Shown: positions 37,829-47,388 of the stretch, one piece after another
Layout: every line of letters begins with the position of its first letter
How positions within the stretch are numbered: the stretch's first letter is position 1
Virus record (IMG/VR): IMGVR_UViG_3300036886_000519
Coordinates: 1 to 58,571 of that record
Length of the DNA: 58,571 nt
Origin: a virus
Lineage: Duplodnaviria; Caudoviricetes
Direction: 5' to 3' (one strand)
The notes under the pieces: model-generated
Databases searched by the model: none
Told to the model about the DNA's origin: nothing
Seen by the model: only the letters and a program-made list of their open reading frames with translations
Translations under genes and position numbers: made by a program

Positions 37829-40017
37829 TGCCGTGCCTCCGGGTGGAGCAGGAAGGAGAGAAAGGTGTTGCGGCGGTCCACCTGGCGTTTGGCGGCGCAG
37901 TTGTCGATGCCCCACCGGTCCCCGAGAAGAATCACGGAGTCTGTCGCGCGCGTTACTGCGGTGTACAGCAGATTGCGGTGGTGCATGAAGGAATGCGACT
38001 TGTGGGCGATCACCACCGCGCAGGGGAATTCCGATCCCTGCACTTTGTGGATCGACGTCGCATAGGCCAACTGGATATTGCCGAGCGCATCGCTGCCACT
38101 CTTAATCTCTACCCGTCGGCCATCGAAATCGATGGAAAGACTGCCGTCCGGCGTGGCGTCAACCACGACGCCCATCGCGCCGTTCATAACGCCCAATTCG
38201 TAGTCGTTCTTCGTCTGGATCACCTTGTCGCCCGGATATGGCCGCGCGCTGTGGCCAGCCTCGACGGTAGGCACATCCACCCCGAACAACTTCTGCTGCA
38301 AGAGGCGCTGCAACTCGATATTCAACTCCACTGTGCCGAGCGGGCCTTTGTGCGTCGGCGTGAGCACTTGCACTTCACGAATCAGGTCGTAACCGAACCG
38401 CTCCCACAGCACCTCCTCGAAGAGAAGCAGCAGCATGCGCCGCACATCCTCGCGGTCCGTGAATTTGTCGATGACGTACCAAGGCCGGCGCGCGCCGACG
38501 AACGAATCCGACGTGGGCCGCACCTCGCCGTTGAGGATGGCTGTGGAGTTCTCCTTCAGAACACCGGCCTGGCGGATGATCCGGGTGAGCACAGTCGTGG
38601 GGATCGCAACCGACCGCACCAGGTCTCGCAGAAGGTTACCTGGGCCCACCGGCGGCAACTGGTTGTGGTCCCCGACGAGCACCACGGCGGTGCGCGTAGG
38701 GTCCACGGCCTGGAACAACCGCCAGGCGAGGGCGATATCCACCATCGAGACTTCGTCCACGACGAGAATGTCCGCTTCAATCGGATTCAGTGCATCCCGC
38801 GAATACGTGTTGCCGTTGAAACCCAACAACCGATGAATGGTGCTTGCTTCATGGCCAACTACTTCCTCGAGGCGTTTTGCAGCCTTTCCAGTGGGCGCCG
38901 CGAGCACGATCTTCAACTCCAATCGTTCGGCGATGCTGGCGATGGTCGATACCGCGTATGTCTTGCCGCTACCGGCGCCGCCGGTCATGAGCGAGATGGA
39001 AAAGTTGAGGGCGTTCCTGACCGCATCGCGCTGCTCGGGATTCAATTCGCCGCCCTCAGCATCGAGAAGATGCTCTATGTCGACGACAGCGTGCGGGCTG
39101 CGCCGACCGGCGGTCTGAAGGACTTCGGCGAGTTCCGTCTCCATCCGGTGAATCTCCGGATCGGCAACTACCAACCGCTCGAACGGCTGCGAGACAAGCC
39201 GCCCCTCGGCAATCAGAGCTTCGAGATGCCCTTCAATCACGTCGCGGCTGTCGAGCGTGTCCATCACCAGGAGCGTGTTGGCGCGGTCAAGCAAGTCTTC
39301 GTACTCGACCCAGCAGTCCCCGTCATCGAGGGCGGCCAGCACGCAGTAATGGAGCCCGGCGCGAAGCCGCGAGGGCAGGTCCTTGGGCGTTCCCATCTTG
39401 CGGGCGATCTTGTCGACCCGTTTGAAGCCGTAACCGGCTATTTCCCGCATCAGCACATAGGGATCGTTGTCCAGGATCGGCACGACCTGGCTGCCAAATT
39501 TGCCCACGAGCGTAGTTACCTGGTAATGGGTGAGCCCGAAGCGGGACAGGTAGGTCATCGCGGCGTTGAAGTCGCTGTTGGCGATCCAGATCCGTTGGAG
39601 ATCCAGGATCGCCTCCACCGGCGCCTTCGCGATTGCGGCCACGGCCGCGGGCTGGCTGCGGATCGCCGCGTCGAAGCGCGCGCCGAAATGGTCGGCGATC
39701 AGCCGCGCTTTGGCCGGGCCGATGCCTTTCACGTCCGGGTGATTTGCCAGGAAGTTTGCCAGCCCGTCCGCGTCCATCTCTTGATCGAAGCCCATGCAGT
39801 CGGCCGCGAATTGCCGTCCGTACTTCGGATGGTTGGTCCACTGGCCTTCCAGACGAACCGCGTCATTCTCCCTGGCAAACACCTTCCCGGCAAAAGTGAT
39901 GAGATTACCGTCCGATGTACGGAGGCGCCCGGCGCTGAATGCCGCGCCCGAGTAAAAGACTATTTCCACGACGCCGCGGAGGGAACATCGGACCTCTGAG
40001 GTTGCCGCCTTCGTCAT
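37825..40017 (-). CDS. recD2: RecD2-like SF1B helicase
   Basis: HPKYGRQF, KGIGP HhH, GGAGSGKT, VDEVSM, GDHNQL, YATSIHKVQGSEF, LYTAVTRA. Confidence 0.93.
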   Translation of the reverse strand: MTKAATSEVRCSLRGVVEIVFYSGAAFSAGRLRTSDGNLITFAGKVFARENDAVRLEGQWTNHPKYGRQFAADCMGFDQEMDADGLANFLANHPDVKGIGPAKARLIADHFGARFDAAIRSQPAAVAAIAKAPVEAILDLQRIWIANSDFNAAMTYLSRFGLTHYQVTTLVGKFGSQVVPILDNDPYVLMREIAGYGFKRVDKIARKMGTPKDLPSRLRAGLHYCVLAALDDGDCWVEYEDLLDRANTLLVMDTLDSRDVIEGHLEALIAEGRLVSQPFERLVVADPEIHRMETELAEVLQTAGRRSPHAVVDIEHLLDAEGGELNPEQRDAVRNALNFSISLMTGGAGSGKTYAVSTIASIAERLELKIVLAAPTGKAAKRLEEVVGHEASTIHRLLGFNGNTYSRDALNPIEADILVVDEVSMVDIALAWRLFQAVDPTRTAVVLVGDHNQLPPVGPGNLLRDLVRSVAIPTTVLTRIIRQAGVLKENSTAILNGEVRPTSDSFVGARRPWYVIDKFTDREDVRRMLLLLFEEVLWERFGYDLIREVQVLTPTHKGPLGTVELNIELQRLLQQKLFGVDVPTVEAGHSARPYPGDKVIQTKNDYELGVMNGAMGVVVDATPDGSLSIDFDGRRVEIKSGSDALGNIQLAYATSIHKVQGSEFPCAVVIAHKSHSFMHHRNLLYTAVTRATDSVILLGDRWGIDNCAAKRQVDRRNTFLSFLLHPEARQ

Positions 40018-40463
40018 GCTCCCCACCTCGTGTGCGCGGCGAGAAGATACGCCTGCACGAAGTGACAGGCCGCCTGACGGCTGGAACAGAAGAACACCGG
40101 GATGCGGTGATCGAGGATGATGGCGAGCGCGCTGCCGAGCACTGCGTTCGGATGGGAGCCACCCCGGTAACGTCCTTGCAGAACTTCCAGGAGGCCTGCC
40201 TCGACGACCACGCAGGCAGCGCGATAGCCAGCCAGTTTCGAGAGTTCGCGTCGGAAGCGGGCTCGCTGGTGAATAACCGTGGAAACGAAATCGTCGAGCG
40301 TTTTCCGTTCCACGGCGACCTCACCCTCCAGGCCTGCTACCGAGTAATCCCCGGCTGGCAGAGCGCGGCGTTCCAGCACCACCAGCCGGGAATCGAACGA
40401 AAACGGCTCCTGCTCCCTCGTGTCGGCGATGAGCGTGACCAGCGCCGGGCTAGAACGGGACAA
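40014..40463 (-). CDS. ERCC4-domain nuclease (putative junction resolvase)
   Basis: DTREQ, GDYS, VERKTLDD motifs. Confidence 0.88.
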   Translation of the reverse strand: MSRSSPALVTLIADTREQEPFSFDSRLVVLERRALPAGDYSVAGLEGEVAVERKTLDDFVSTVIHQRARFRRELSKLAGYRAACVVVEAGLLEVLQGRYRGGSHPNAVLGSALAIILDHRIPVFFCSSRQAACHFVQAYLLAAHTRWGA

Positions 40464-40905
40464 GCGCGTCGCCCGCCTCCTGCCGGAACTTGCTCGGCGT
40501 CCGATCGTTTACGATGCGGCTGTTGAAGTAAATGTTCTCGTTGTCGCCCTTGGTCTTCTTGGTGACCTCCAGCTTGACGTCGAGCAGCTTGCCCAGATTT
40601 CTGGGCAAGTCCGACAGCTTCTCCAGGTCCAGACCGCAGACGTGCAAATCGGTCTTCACGAACTTCAGCGTGTTGGCGGTAAAGACGCTATTGCGCCACA
40701 TGAGGCGGTTGATGTGGCGCGGCGCGAGGATACGGAGTGTCCACTTCAGCATCGGGTTGCCGGTGGTGTGCGCTTCGGTGAGTTCCACCTTCTCGACAAC
40801 CACCTGATACTTCCCGTCGGGAACGCTCTCCATGTCCGAGCGCTCCGCCGGAGTTTCACTCCGGAAGTCGTCGTCAAACTGCGATAAATCAATGTTCTTG
40901 CTCAT
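40450..40905 (-). CDS. DUF669 family ssDNA-binding-like protein
   Basis: VPDGKYQVVV, GNPMLKWTLRI, C-terminal VPF; AAGGAG RBS. Confidence 0.8.
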   Translation of the reverse strand: MSKNIDLSQFDDDFRSETPAERSDMESVPDGKYQVVVEKVELTEAHTTGNPMLKWTLRILAPRHINRLMWRNSVFTANTLKFVKTDLHVCGLDLEKLSDLPRNLGKLLDVKLEVTKKTKGDNENIYFNSRIVNDRTPSKFRQEAGDALVPF

Positions 40906-40928
40906 ACTGGAATCTCCTTGGGACGGAT

Positions 40929-41684
40929 TTACTTCGCGGTCGTGGCCGCGGGCTTGCTGCTTGCTGCCGGTTTGACCGATGTCGACGTGCCGTTGAATGC
41001 GGTCAAGAATGCCTTGAAATCGAGATCGAGGATGTCGGGCAACCGGCCCGTGCGGTCGCCGGCCTCGTAGTAGAGGCTGGGCTTGGTGCGGATCACGCGG
41101 CGCACGAGCTGTTCGCCGTTCTCGCCGCTGCTGACTTCCAAGTCGCAGAACAACACCATGTCGGCCATCCCGAGCACGATCTTGCGGGCCTTGTCCGGCA
41201 GCGTCGGCACTACGCGCGTGTATTTGCCAGTGCGCGAGTCCATTTCCATTTCTTTCGCGTGCGAGATGAGGAACAGCCCGTAGGGCAGGAAGGCGAGTTT
41301 GGTGAGCACGCGCTGGAACTCGTTGTTGACGAGCGCATAGCCCTTGCCGTAGCCGAGATCGGATTCGTGCTCGACCTTGAATTTGCGGAGGATGAATTCG
41401 GCGCAAAACTTGTAAGCGTTGTCGATCGTGTCCAGAATTACCGTCTTGAATGGGTGTTTGCCTTCGACGATCTCGGCGCAGGCCGTCAGCAGGTCCTCCC
41501 AGGAGAGGATGGGCACCTGGAAGACGTCCAGCGCGTTCAGACCCGGTTCCGTGGCCAGGAACAGCGCCCCTTCGGTTTGTGCGCAGGTGCTGGACTTTCC
41601 GATTTTGGTTTGCCCGTACCACAACACGGTGAGGTCCGCGAGGTCCGGTTTGGGCGGTGTCTTGGCAGTGGGAAGTATCGACAT
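40929..41684 (-). CDS. AAA_24 ATPase (Sak4-like annealing protein)
   Basis: YGQTKIGKS, TVILDTID, YGKGY, LISH motifs. Confidence 0.85.
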   Translation of the reverse strand: MSILPTAKTPPKPDLADLTVLWYGQTKIGKSSTCAQTEGALFLATEPGLNALDVFQVPILSWEDLLTACAEIVEGKHPFKTVILDTIDNAYKFCAEFILRKFKVEHESDLGYGKGYALVNNEFQRVLTKLAFLPYGLFLISHAKEMEMDSRTGKYTRVVPTLPDKARKIVLGMADMVLFCDLEVSSGENGEQLVRRVIRTKPSLYYEAGDRTGRLPDILDLDFKAFLTAFNGTSTSVKPAASSKPAATTAK

Positions 41685-41704
41685 GATGGTTGGGTTTCTC
41701 CTTT

Positions 41705-42724
41705 TCAGAAAGCTGGTTCACTCACTTCTGGCGGCGCCACCCGCAACTCCTCGTTGGGCGCCACCCGCTTGTAGAAGTTCTCGATGACGTTGGGATTACC
41801 GTTCGAGCGGCACAGCGCGAAGTACGCGCAAGGCCTGTGATAGTTGAAGCAGAAGCCGGTGTTTTGATAGAAGACGCCGCGCCGGCGGGCGTCGAGGTAT
41901 GCCTGGGTCAGTTCCCAGAGTTCGCTGCGCAGAATGTCGAAGCGGTCACGGGAGAGGTAAAGCATTTCCCGGTGGAGCATGGCCGGATCGGTGTACTTTT
42001 CCGCGAGGCGCTCCTGGAACTCCTCATCCGTTTCCGGCAGCTTGCGCTTTGCGGTTGTCTTGCCCGTCTTCGACTTGGCCAGCAGTTCCGCGCGGCGCGC
42101 GTCGAACTCTTCCTCCGTCTCGCCCTTGCTCTGCTGGAGCTTCGCTTTGACGAGGATGTTGTAGAGGATGCCGGTGATGGTGATGCCCATCGTCTGCTCC
42201 ACGTAGGAGGCGTAGATGGTGATCTGGAAGTCCGTCCATAGCCGCTCCAGATAGTCGGCGTCGAGTTGCGCCGCGGTCTTGTGCTCCAGGAGGAAGTAGT
42301 CGTTTCCGATTCGGACGATGCCGTCGACCTTGCCGGCGAGGACAAAGCTGCGGGATGCCGCGCCCGTGGCCGGATTGATAATAGGCCCTTCGAAGGTCTT
42401 CTCCAGCGCCACCACTTCGAACTCTTCTGCCGCATACCGCGCCGCGTAGGCATTCATCATCGCGGTGGCCAGATGCCAGTCCCGGCGTTGGCCCTCGTCA
42501 TACAGTCGGTTGGGGCAGAGAGTGCCGATGAGATCCAGCACGCGCTCGAGGTCGCGGCGTTGGTGCCACAGCTCAAGGCACTCGTGGGCGAGGGAGCCGA
42601 AATGGAGGTTCCCATCACGCTCCAGACCGACCAATTGCTGGATGTAACGCCAGTCCACCGCCTTCCGGCAATTCCGAAAGAGCGACCACATGCTGTAGGT
42701 GGAGGTCATGAGATAGGCGCTCAT
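41705..42724 (-). CDS. PD-(D/E)XK exonuclease (Cas4/RecB-like)
   Basis: GKVDG..LEHKT, Q..IY, N-terminal Cys plus C-terminal C-x6-C-x5-C. Confidence 0.85.
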   Translation of the reverse strand: MSAYLMTSTYSMWSLFRNCRKAVDWRYIQQLVGLERDGNLHFGSLAHECLELWHQRRDLERVLDLIGTLCPNRLYDEGQRRDWHLATAMMNAYAARYAAEEFEVVALEKTFEGPIINPATGAASRSFVLAGKVDGIVRIGNDYFLLEHKTAAQLDADYLERLWTDFQITIYASYVEQTMGITITGILYNILVKAKLQQSKGETEEEFDARRAELLAKSKTGKTTAKRKLPETDEEFQERLAEKYTDPAMLHREMLYLSRDRFDILRSELWELTQAYLDARRRGVFYQNTGFCFNYHRPCAYFALCRSNGNPNVIENFYKRVAPNEELRVAPPEVSEPAF

Positions 42725-43239
42725 CGGGCACCTCCGGCGACGAAGTAGCGGGGCCCGATGCCGGCGGCGTCGAGCGCTTCGCGAATCAGCCGTTTCCGGA
42801 CTTGGATGATCTGGCGGGAGCAGCCCAGCGCCTCAGCAGTTTCAACCGTGGAGTGCCAAAATAGCGCCAGCGCGGTCTCTTGAACGGCACTGGGCAGCGG
42901 GGCGAGCGCTCGTTCGAGGTCAATCCGGAACCGCCCGCGAGCCGCCGAACTTGGAGCGGAATCGGCGACCGGGATCTCCTGCTCCCTCCGGCTGGGCGCC
43001 AGGTGGTACCGCAGGATGGACGTCAGTTCTTTGTCCATAACACGCGATGCGAAGGTACGGACCGACGCTCGCTGGCTATCGAACTTCGGCCAGCGGGTGA
43101 TAAAGGTCAGGACGAGTCGGCTTTCTACGTCTTCTCGTTCACCGACAGCGAACCCGCAGCGTCGAACGAACGCATTGGCCTTCCGCTCCGCGAGGTTCTG
43201 GACAACCGGGATCGCCTGGTCAAGAGTGACGTCAGCCAC
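42721..43239 (-). CDS. ECF-like sigma factor
   Basis: EREDV..KFDSQRASVRTFASRV (region 2); DLERALAPLP..ETAEALGCSRQ (region 4). Confidence 0.75.
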   Translation of the reverse strand: MADVTLDQAIPVVQNLAERKANAFVRRCGFAVGEREDVESRLVLTFITRWPKFDSQRASVRTFASRVMDKELTSILRYHLAPSRREQEIPVADSAPSSAARGRFRIDLERALAPLPSAVQETALALFWHSTVETAEALGCSRQIIQVRKRLIREALDAAGIGPRYFVAGGAR

Positions 43240-43591
43240 GTCGGCCTCCTTGCGGAATAGCGATCCCCACACCGGCCAGTTCGATCTCCATCGAGAAAGG
43301 CAACCCGTGCCGCACTTGGACCTCACGGATCTCGCCGGCCTCCACATCACGGACGTAGGCAAAGAACTCCGCAATCTGTGGCCGGAGTTCCGACGTGGGC
43401 GCCGACGGCTTGCCGGTCGTCACGGGCGACCCGAACTTAACGTCGCGCACCATGACTGGCCCGGGGTTGAAAACCAGTTCGCCGCCGCGGATCTGGAGGT
43501 ATTCAAAGCGGCCGAAACCGAGTTGCTGCATGGCGGCGACGAACGCCGCCTCGGACGGCAGCAAGTCCTGGATCGTGACGGGCTGGGTCAT
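43232..43591 (-). CDS. Hypothetical protein with two DUF2292-like halves
   Basis: LGFGRFEYLQIRGGE and VEAGEIREVQVRHG; ATGA coupling. Confidence 0.6.
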   Translation of the reverse strand: MTQPVTIQDLLPSEAAFVAAMQQLGFGRFEYLQIRGGELVFNPGPVMVRDVKFGSPVTTGKPSAPTSELRPQIAEFFAYVRDVEAGEIREVQVRHGLPFSMEIELAGVGIAIPQGGRRG

Positions 43592-43800
43592 CGCGCCACC
43601 TCCGCGAGGTCTCCACCTGCCTGGCGGCTCAGAAGCCAATCCTTCACGTCGGACGGGGCGTAGCGGATCATCTGGCCGATCCGGTGGAAACGAGGTCCCT
43701 TGCCGTCCGTCCGCCAGGTTCGCAACGTCCCGATCGAGACTTGGAGTGTCCCGGCCAGTTCCTTCTCTTCGAGTAGTGTTTCTAGGGGGTTGTCGCTCAT
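43588..43800 (-). CDS. Xis/AlpA-like helix-turn-helix protein
   Basis: LLEEKELAGTLQVSIGTLRTWR..GPRFHRIGQMIRY..DVKDWL. Confidence 0.88.
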   Translation of the reverse strand: MSDNPLETLLEEKELAGTLQVSIGTLRTWRTDGKGPRFHRIGQMIRYAPSDVKDWLLSRQAGGDLAEVAR

Positions 43801-43860
43801 TTCGCCTGTCCCTCACGCCTTGTGCGTGTTTGGTACAAGGTGATGATCCGCCCTAACCGC

Positions 43861-43903
43861 GTAGGCGAATCAAGATAGGCGAGGTAGGCGAAAAGGTAGG
43901 CGG
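43861..43903. repeat. Four TAGGCG(A) direct repeats upstream of the early operon
   Basis: TAGGCG at 43862, 43876, 43885, 43897. Confidence 0.7.
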
Positions 43904-43908
43904 CGCGG

Positions 43909-44769
43909 CTATCGGCGGGTGCGCAACTTGGGGTCTGTGCGCAGGATTCCTTCTATACGCTTTGATTTGCTGGACTTGTTGCCCAGCGTTCCCTTCATCC
44001 ACTTGTAGAAATCCGACTTGTGGACGCCGGCGTCTTCGAAGATGACCTGGTCGGTGCAGTTGAAATCGCTCTTGTACTTCTCAACCACCGCGTGCCGCTG
44101 CTCGACCGGAGTTGGCGTGATTTCGTCCGCGTCGGTGATCTCCAAGGCAACAAAGCGGCCGTCTTCCGAAAGCCCAACCCGCTCCTCCATTGAGATGAAG
44201 TCGCTATGGCGCCGGGCCAGGGTCTCACGCAACTCGACCGTCAGGTGATTGCTCGTGGGCGCGACGGCCACGAACGGTGTAGTGCACGAGAGCGCCAGCT
44301 CGCGAAGGGCGGACCGGAAGTCGTCGCGCCGGGCAAAAACCAGCAAAAAGACCGGATGATTCCGCGTGGCGCGGCTCGTCGAAAGCCCCAGTTCCCAAAC
44401 GCCGTGCGCCCTAACTTGCAGATTCTGGGTCCGGACGCAAAGCCCCTCCACTATTGGTCGCACCAACGCTCCGATGTCCAGCGTGCAGACGAGTGCGTCC
44501 TTGGGTGCCAGAGGCACGTCATCGCAGAGCTTGTGAGGGTGTCTGCAGATGGCGGCGAGCGTCCCATCTCCGTACTGAACGATCCTGCGCGGGCAGTCAT
44601 GATCGCGGGGATGGGGGCAAGGGTACGTCGCGCCGATATCTTCGGTCGGCCGCAGGTGGGGACGGATCAGCGGGAATTCAGTGCCACAGAAATGTTCCCA
44701 GTAGGCCGGAATCGCGGCGAGGCCTGGAACGCTCTCAATCCCCTGCCAAAGCCGCGTCAGCTTGCGCAT
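43909..44769 (-). CDS. Hypothetical protein with Cys cluster and C-terminal HTH
   Basis: CPHP..C..C..C near N-terminus; DQVIFEDAGVHKSDFYKWMKG. Confidence 0.7.
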   Translation of the reverse strand: MRKLTRLWQGIESVPGLAAIPAYWEHFCGTEFPLIRPHLRPTEDIGATYPCPHPRDHDCPRRIVQYGDGTLAAICRHPHKLCDDVPLAPKDALVCTLDIGALVRPIVEGLCVRTQNLQVRAHGVWELGLSTSRATRNHPVFLLVFARRDDFRSALRELALSCTTPFVAVAPTSNHLTVELRETLARRHSDFISMEERVGLSEDGRFVALEITDADEITPTPVEQRHAVVEKYKSDFNCTDQVIFEDAGVHKSDFYKWMKGTLGNKSSKSKRIEGILRTDPKLRTRR

Positions 44770-45919
44770 CGTGGGCGGTCTCCTCGGTAAGGACGAACCC
44801 GCGAGCGCGCAGCCAGTCCTCAATCACCATTGCCTCTTCGCCGCGGTTGTAGCCGGATTTGTTGCCGGCTTTGATAGTGACCGTTCGGGGCTTCTTTTCG
44901 CCCTCCAGCTTGATCTTGAAGACCGCCTTGCGGATGTGTGGTTCCGTTTCGATGTCCCTCTGGATCAGCGCCAACGCATGAAACAGGCCTTCGGCGCGAT
45001 GAATTTCTACGTGTTCAAAGGCGCCGCCCCAGGAGTATTCAACCTCCCGAAGGTTCACTGAATCCAGCCCGGAAATGTCGCGGCAGTTCAGGGATGCGCG
45101 GCCATCCTTCTTGAGCGGCTCGAGAGTGTACTTTTCGATGAACACGAACCGGTCTTCCCCGCCGAAAATGTGGCGGCCAAAAAGCGCGCGGTACTCGCGC
45201 ACGTCTGCGAACGCCGACGCGTTGATGCGGAGTTCGTTGTGGACGACGTCGTAGATCACTACGTCCGTCTTCTCAGGGCGGAAGAATGTCGACGTCGATC
45301 TGGGACCCTTCCGACTCGGCTCGCGCTTGCACGGCTGTCCATGCTCGATGAGGAACCGGACCTCACCGGCAGAGTCCTTTCGAGTAACGCGGCATCCAGC
45401 GCCACGCTTCTTCGCCAGAAAGTAAGCGTCGAGCGATTCCTCCAACGCCGACAAGTCCGCCGGCAGGTCGTCGATGGCGATAACCTCTTCCGGGTTGGCC
45501 GCACGGAAGCTCTCAAAGGATTTCCGTTTCTGGAAGAACTCCTCATGCTCCTTCCTTTCCAGCGCCTCGGGGTTCTTGAGCCAAATCTGGGTGGCCAGAT
45601 CCAGCGCCGTGACTTCACCGTCTGAATCAATCTGGCTTGCCACCGCCATGTCCAGCAACTCATCAAAGCGCCCGTCCGAGCCAAGGCTGCCGATCAAGTG
45701 CAGCGCTTCGACCAAATCTCCCGGCATTTCCTCGTCTGGCTGGGCGAGGATGCCTCCGAGCGCCGTAGCGTCGATTTCCTGATCCGCGCTGGATGGAAGG
45801 GAGAAGCCCTTCATTTCCAGGAACAGTCGGAAAGGTTCGAGCAAAGGGATCAAATTCGCAGGTTGGATCTTCTTCAGAAGGTCTGGCTGCGCAAAGCTTT
45901 TCAGGTTGAATCGGGCCAT
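44735..45919 (-). CDS. Conserved-looking hypothetical protein
   Basis: 394 aa from ATG 45919 with GGAGGT RBS; overlaps next gene by 35 nt. Confidence 0.75.
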   Translation of the reverse strand: MARFNLKSFAQPDLLKKIQPANLIPLLEPFRLFLEMKGFSLPSSADQEIDATALGGILAQPDEEMPGDLVEALHLIGSLGSDGRFDELLDMAVASQIDSDGEVTALDLATQIWLKNPEALERKEHEEFFQKRKSFESFRAANPEEVIAIDDLPADLSALEESLDAYFLAKKRGAGCRVTRKDSAGEVRFLIEHGQPCKREPSRKGPRSTSTFFRPEKTDVVIYDVVHNELRINASAFADVREYRALFGRHIFGGEDRFVFIEKYTLEPLKKDGRASLNCRDISGLDSVNLREVEYSWGGAFEHVEIHRAEGLFHALALIQRDIETEPHIRKAVFKIKLEGEKKPRTVTIKAGNKSGYNRGEEAMVIEDWLRARGFVLTEETAHDAQADAALAGD

Positions 45920-46009
45920 CGTGGGCCACCTCCCAAGGGTGTTTTGGCTGTAGCGGCAGGCCAAGGGGGGAATGTCATGACCCGGAGTACAACTCCACAG
46001 CGTAGCATG

Positions 46010-46026
46010 GCGAACAAACAGCGAAT
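46010..46026 (-). promoter_or_regulatory. LexA-box-like direct repeat (GTTC-N7-GTTC type) for the leftward operon
   Basis: Minus strand ATTCGCTGTTTGTTCGC overlapping TTGATT and just above TGcTACGCT. Confidence 0.55.
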
Positions 46027-46121
46027 CAAAATCACCAGCCATGTTGCTGAAAACGTGATAAATCGAGTTCTTGCCAAAGGGCCCCTGTGGATTATTTAGG
46101 CGACCCCTCGCCTATTTTTCC

Positions 46122-46150
46122 TTGTTTTCGCGTTTTATTCGCCCTATAAT
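46122..46150 (+). promoter_or_regulatory. sigma70 promoter of tcmP with overlapping LexA-box-like repeat
   Basis: TTGTTT-N17-TATAAT; TTTCGCGTTTTATTCGC (46126-46142) in the spacer. Confidence 0.6.
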
Positions 46151-46239
46151 GCGAGTTGGCCGGGTGGATCTTCCAGCGGTGAAATCCGCCTTATGCTAGG
46201 CTGCCGGGTTGGTCGGATGGAAGGACGTTCTCAGTGGCG

Positions 46240-47370
46240 ATGCGAAGCACAGTCTTCTTTGAAATCCAGCAGCCTCCATCGAAGGTGAAGTCGCTGATAG
46301 CGAGCCAGTACTTCAAGGCCTGGGCAATGGTCATGACGGGAACGAAGTCGAAGGAGTCGAACGTCGGTTACATCGATCTCTTTGCGGGCCCAGGAATGTT
46401 CGACGACGGCTCCGAATCAACACCGATTCTGATCCTCAAAGATGCCATCGGCACCGACAGGATCAAGCACAGCCTTTGGAGCTACTTCAACGACCGGGAC
46501 CAGGGCAACATCGATTCGCTCCGCCGCGAGATCAGTAGCCTCGCTGGAGTCGAATGTCTTGTCCACGAGCCTGGCTTCAACTGCGAGTTGGTCTCGCCGG
46601 CAATTGCTGATTACCTCCGTGCATATTCTCTGAGGCCCACCTTCGTTTTCGCCGACCCTTTTGGCTACGTGGGCATATCCCTCCAACTCCTGGACCGGCT
46701 ACTGAAGCACAAGAAAAGTGAATTGCTGGTTTTCTTCAATACGAATCGTATCAGCCCCGGCGTCGCAAACCCGTTCGTGAAGGAGCACATTGACGCGCTG
46801 TTCGGCGTCGAGAGGGCAGCAGCCGTGCGCCAGAGGGTAAGGGATCTCCACGGTCTCGATCGTGAGGAGGCTGTCCTCGACAGTTTCGAAGAGGCTATGC
46901 GCAATGGTGGATTTGCTTACATCACCCGATTCCGCTTCGCAAGCATGTCGCAGCACCGGACCAGCCACCATCTGATCCACTGCTCGAGGCACCCGAAGGG
47001 CGAGGAGATAATGAAGGACATCATGGCCCGCCACAGCCATAAACGTCCTGATGGGGTCGCTACATTCGAGTTCAAGAAACAGACGATTCAGCGCTCACTT
47101 TTTGACCAGGAGGCTGGTTATACTGAACCGCCGGAGGAACTGGCTGAGGCCATCCTCAGGGTTTTTGCAGGCAGGACAATGACTCTCGCAGAAGTTTGGC
47201 GTGCGCATGCTCACGGCACGAACTTCGTCGAGCGGAACTATCGGGAGGCCTTGCTTTATTTGGAGGCTCAGGGAAAGATCAGCGTTGAGCCGCCGTCGGC
47301 CGTCCGCGGCACTCGAAACGGGCAACAGGTCTGGGGAAGCGACACAAGAGCCAGATTCCCGCGACAATAG
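46240..47370 (+). CDS. tcmP: Three-Cys-motif partner protein (SAM-dependent methyltransferase fold, C-terminal wHTH)
   Basis: YIDLFAGPG, FADPFG, YREALLYLE; adjacent to DUF5131. Confidence 0.85.
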   Translation: MRSTVFFEIQQPPSKVKSLIASQYFKAWAMVMTGTKSKESNVGYIDLFAGPGMFDDGSESTPILILKDAIGTDRIKHSLWSYFNDRDQGNIDSLRREISSLAGVECLVHEPGFNCELVSPAIADYLRAYSLRPTFVFADPFGYVGISLQLLDRLLKHKKSELLVFFNTNRISPGVANPFVKEHIDALFGVERAAAVRQRVRDLHGLDREEAVLDSFEEAMRNGGFAYITRFRFASMSQHRTSHHLIHCSRHPKGEEIMKDIMARHSHKRPDGVATFEFKKQTIQRSLFDQEAGYTEPPEELAEAILRVFAGRTMTLAEVWRAHAHGTNFVERNYREALLYLEAQGKISVEPPSAVRGTRNGQQVWGSDTRARFPRQ

Positions 47371-47388
47371 AACAGAGAGGGGTGCACC

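Noticed and set aside
37843-39999. 718-aa plus-strand ORF antisense to recD2 (likewise 19751-21259, 13464-14693, 3644-4825, 22787-23986)
   Set aside because: Shadow ORFs expected from high-GC codon bias; no motifs or RBS
40450-41721. 423-aa ORF overlapping the AAA_24 gene; also upstream extensions of 19078-20151 and 52419-53921
   Set aside because: True starts are downstream at RBS-backed or coupled ATGs; extensions overlap real genes
41705-42724. cas4 as part of a CRISPR system
   Set aside because: Context is a phage recombination operon
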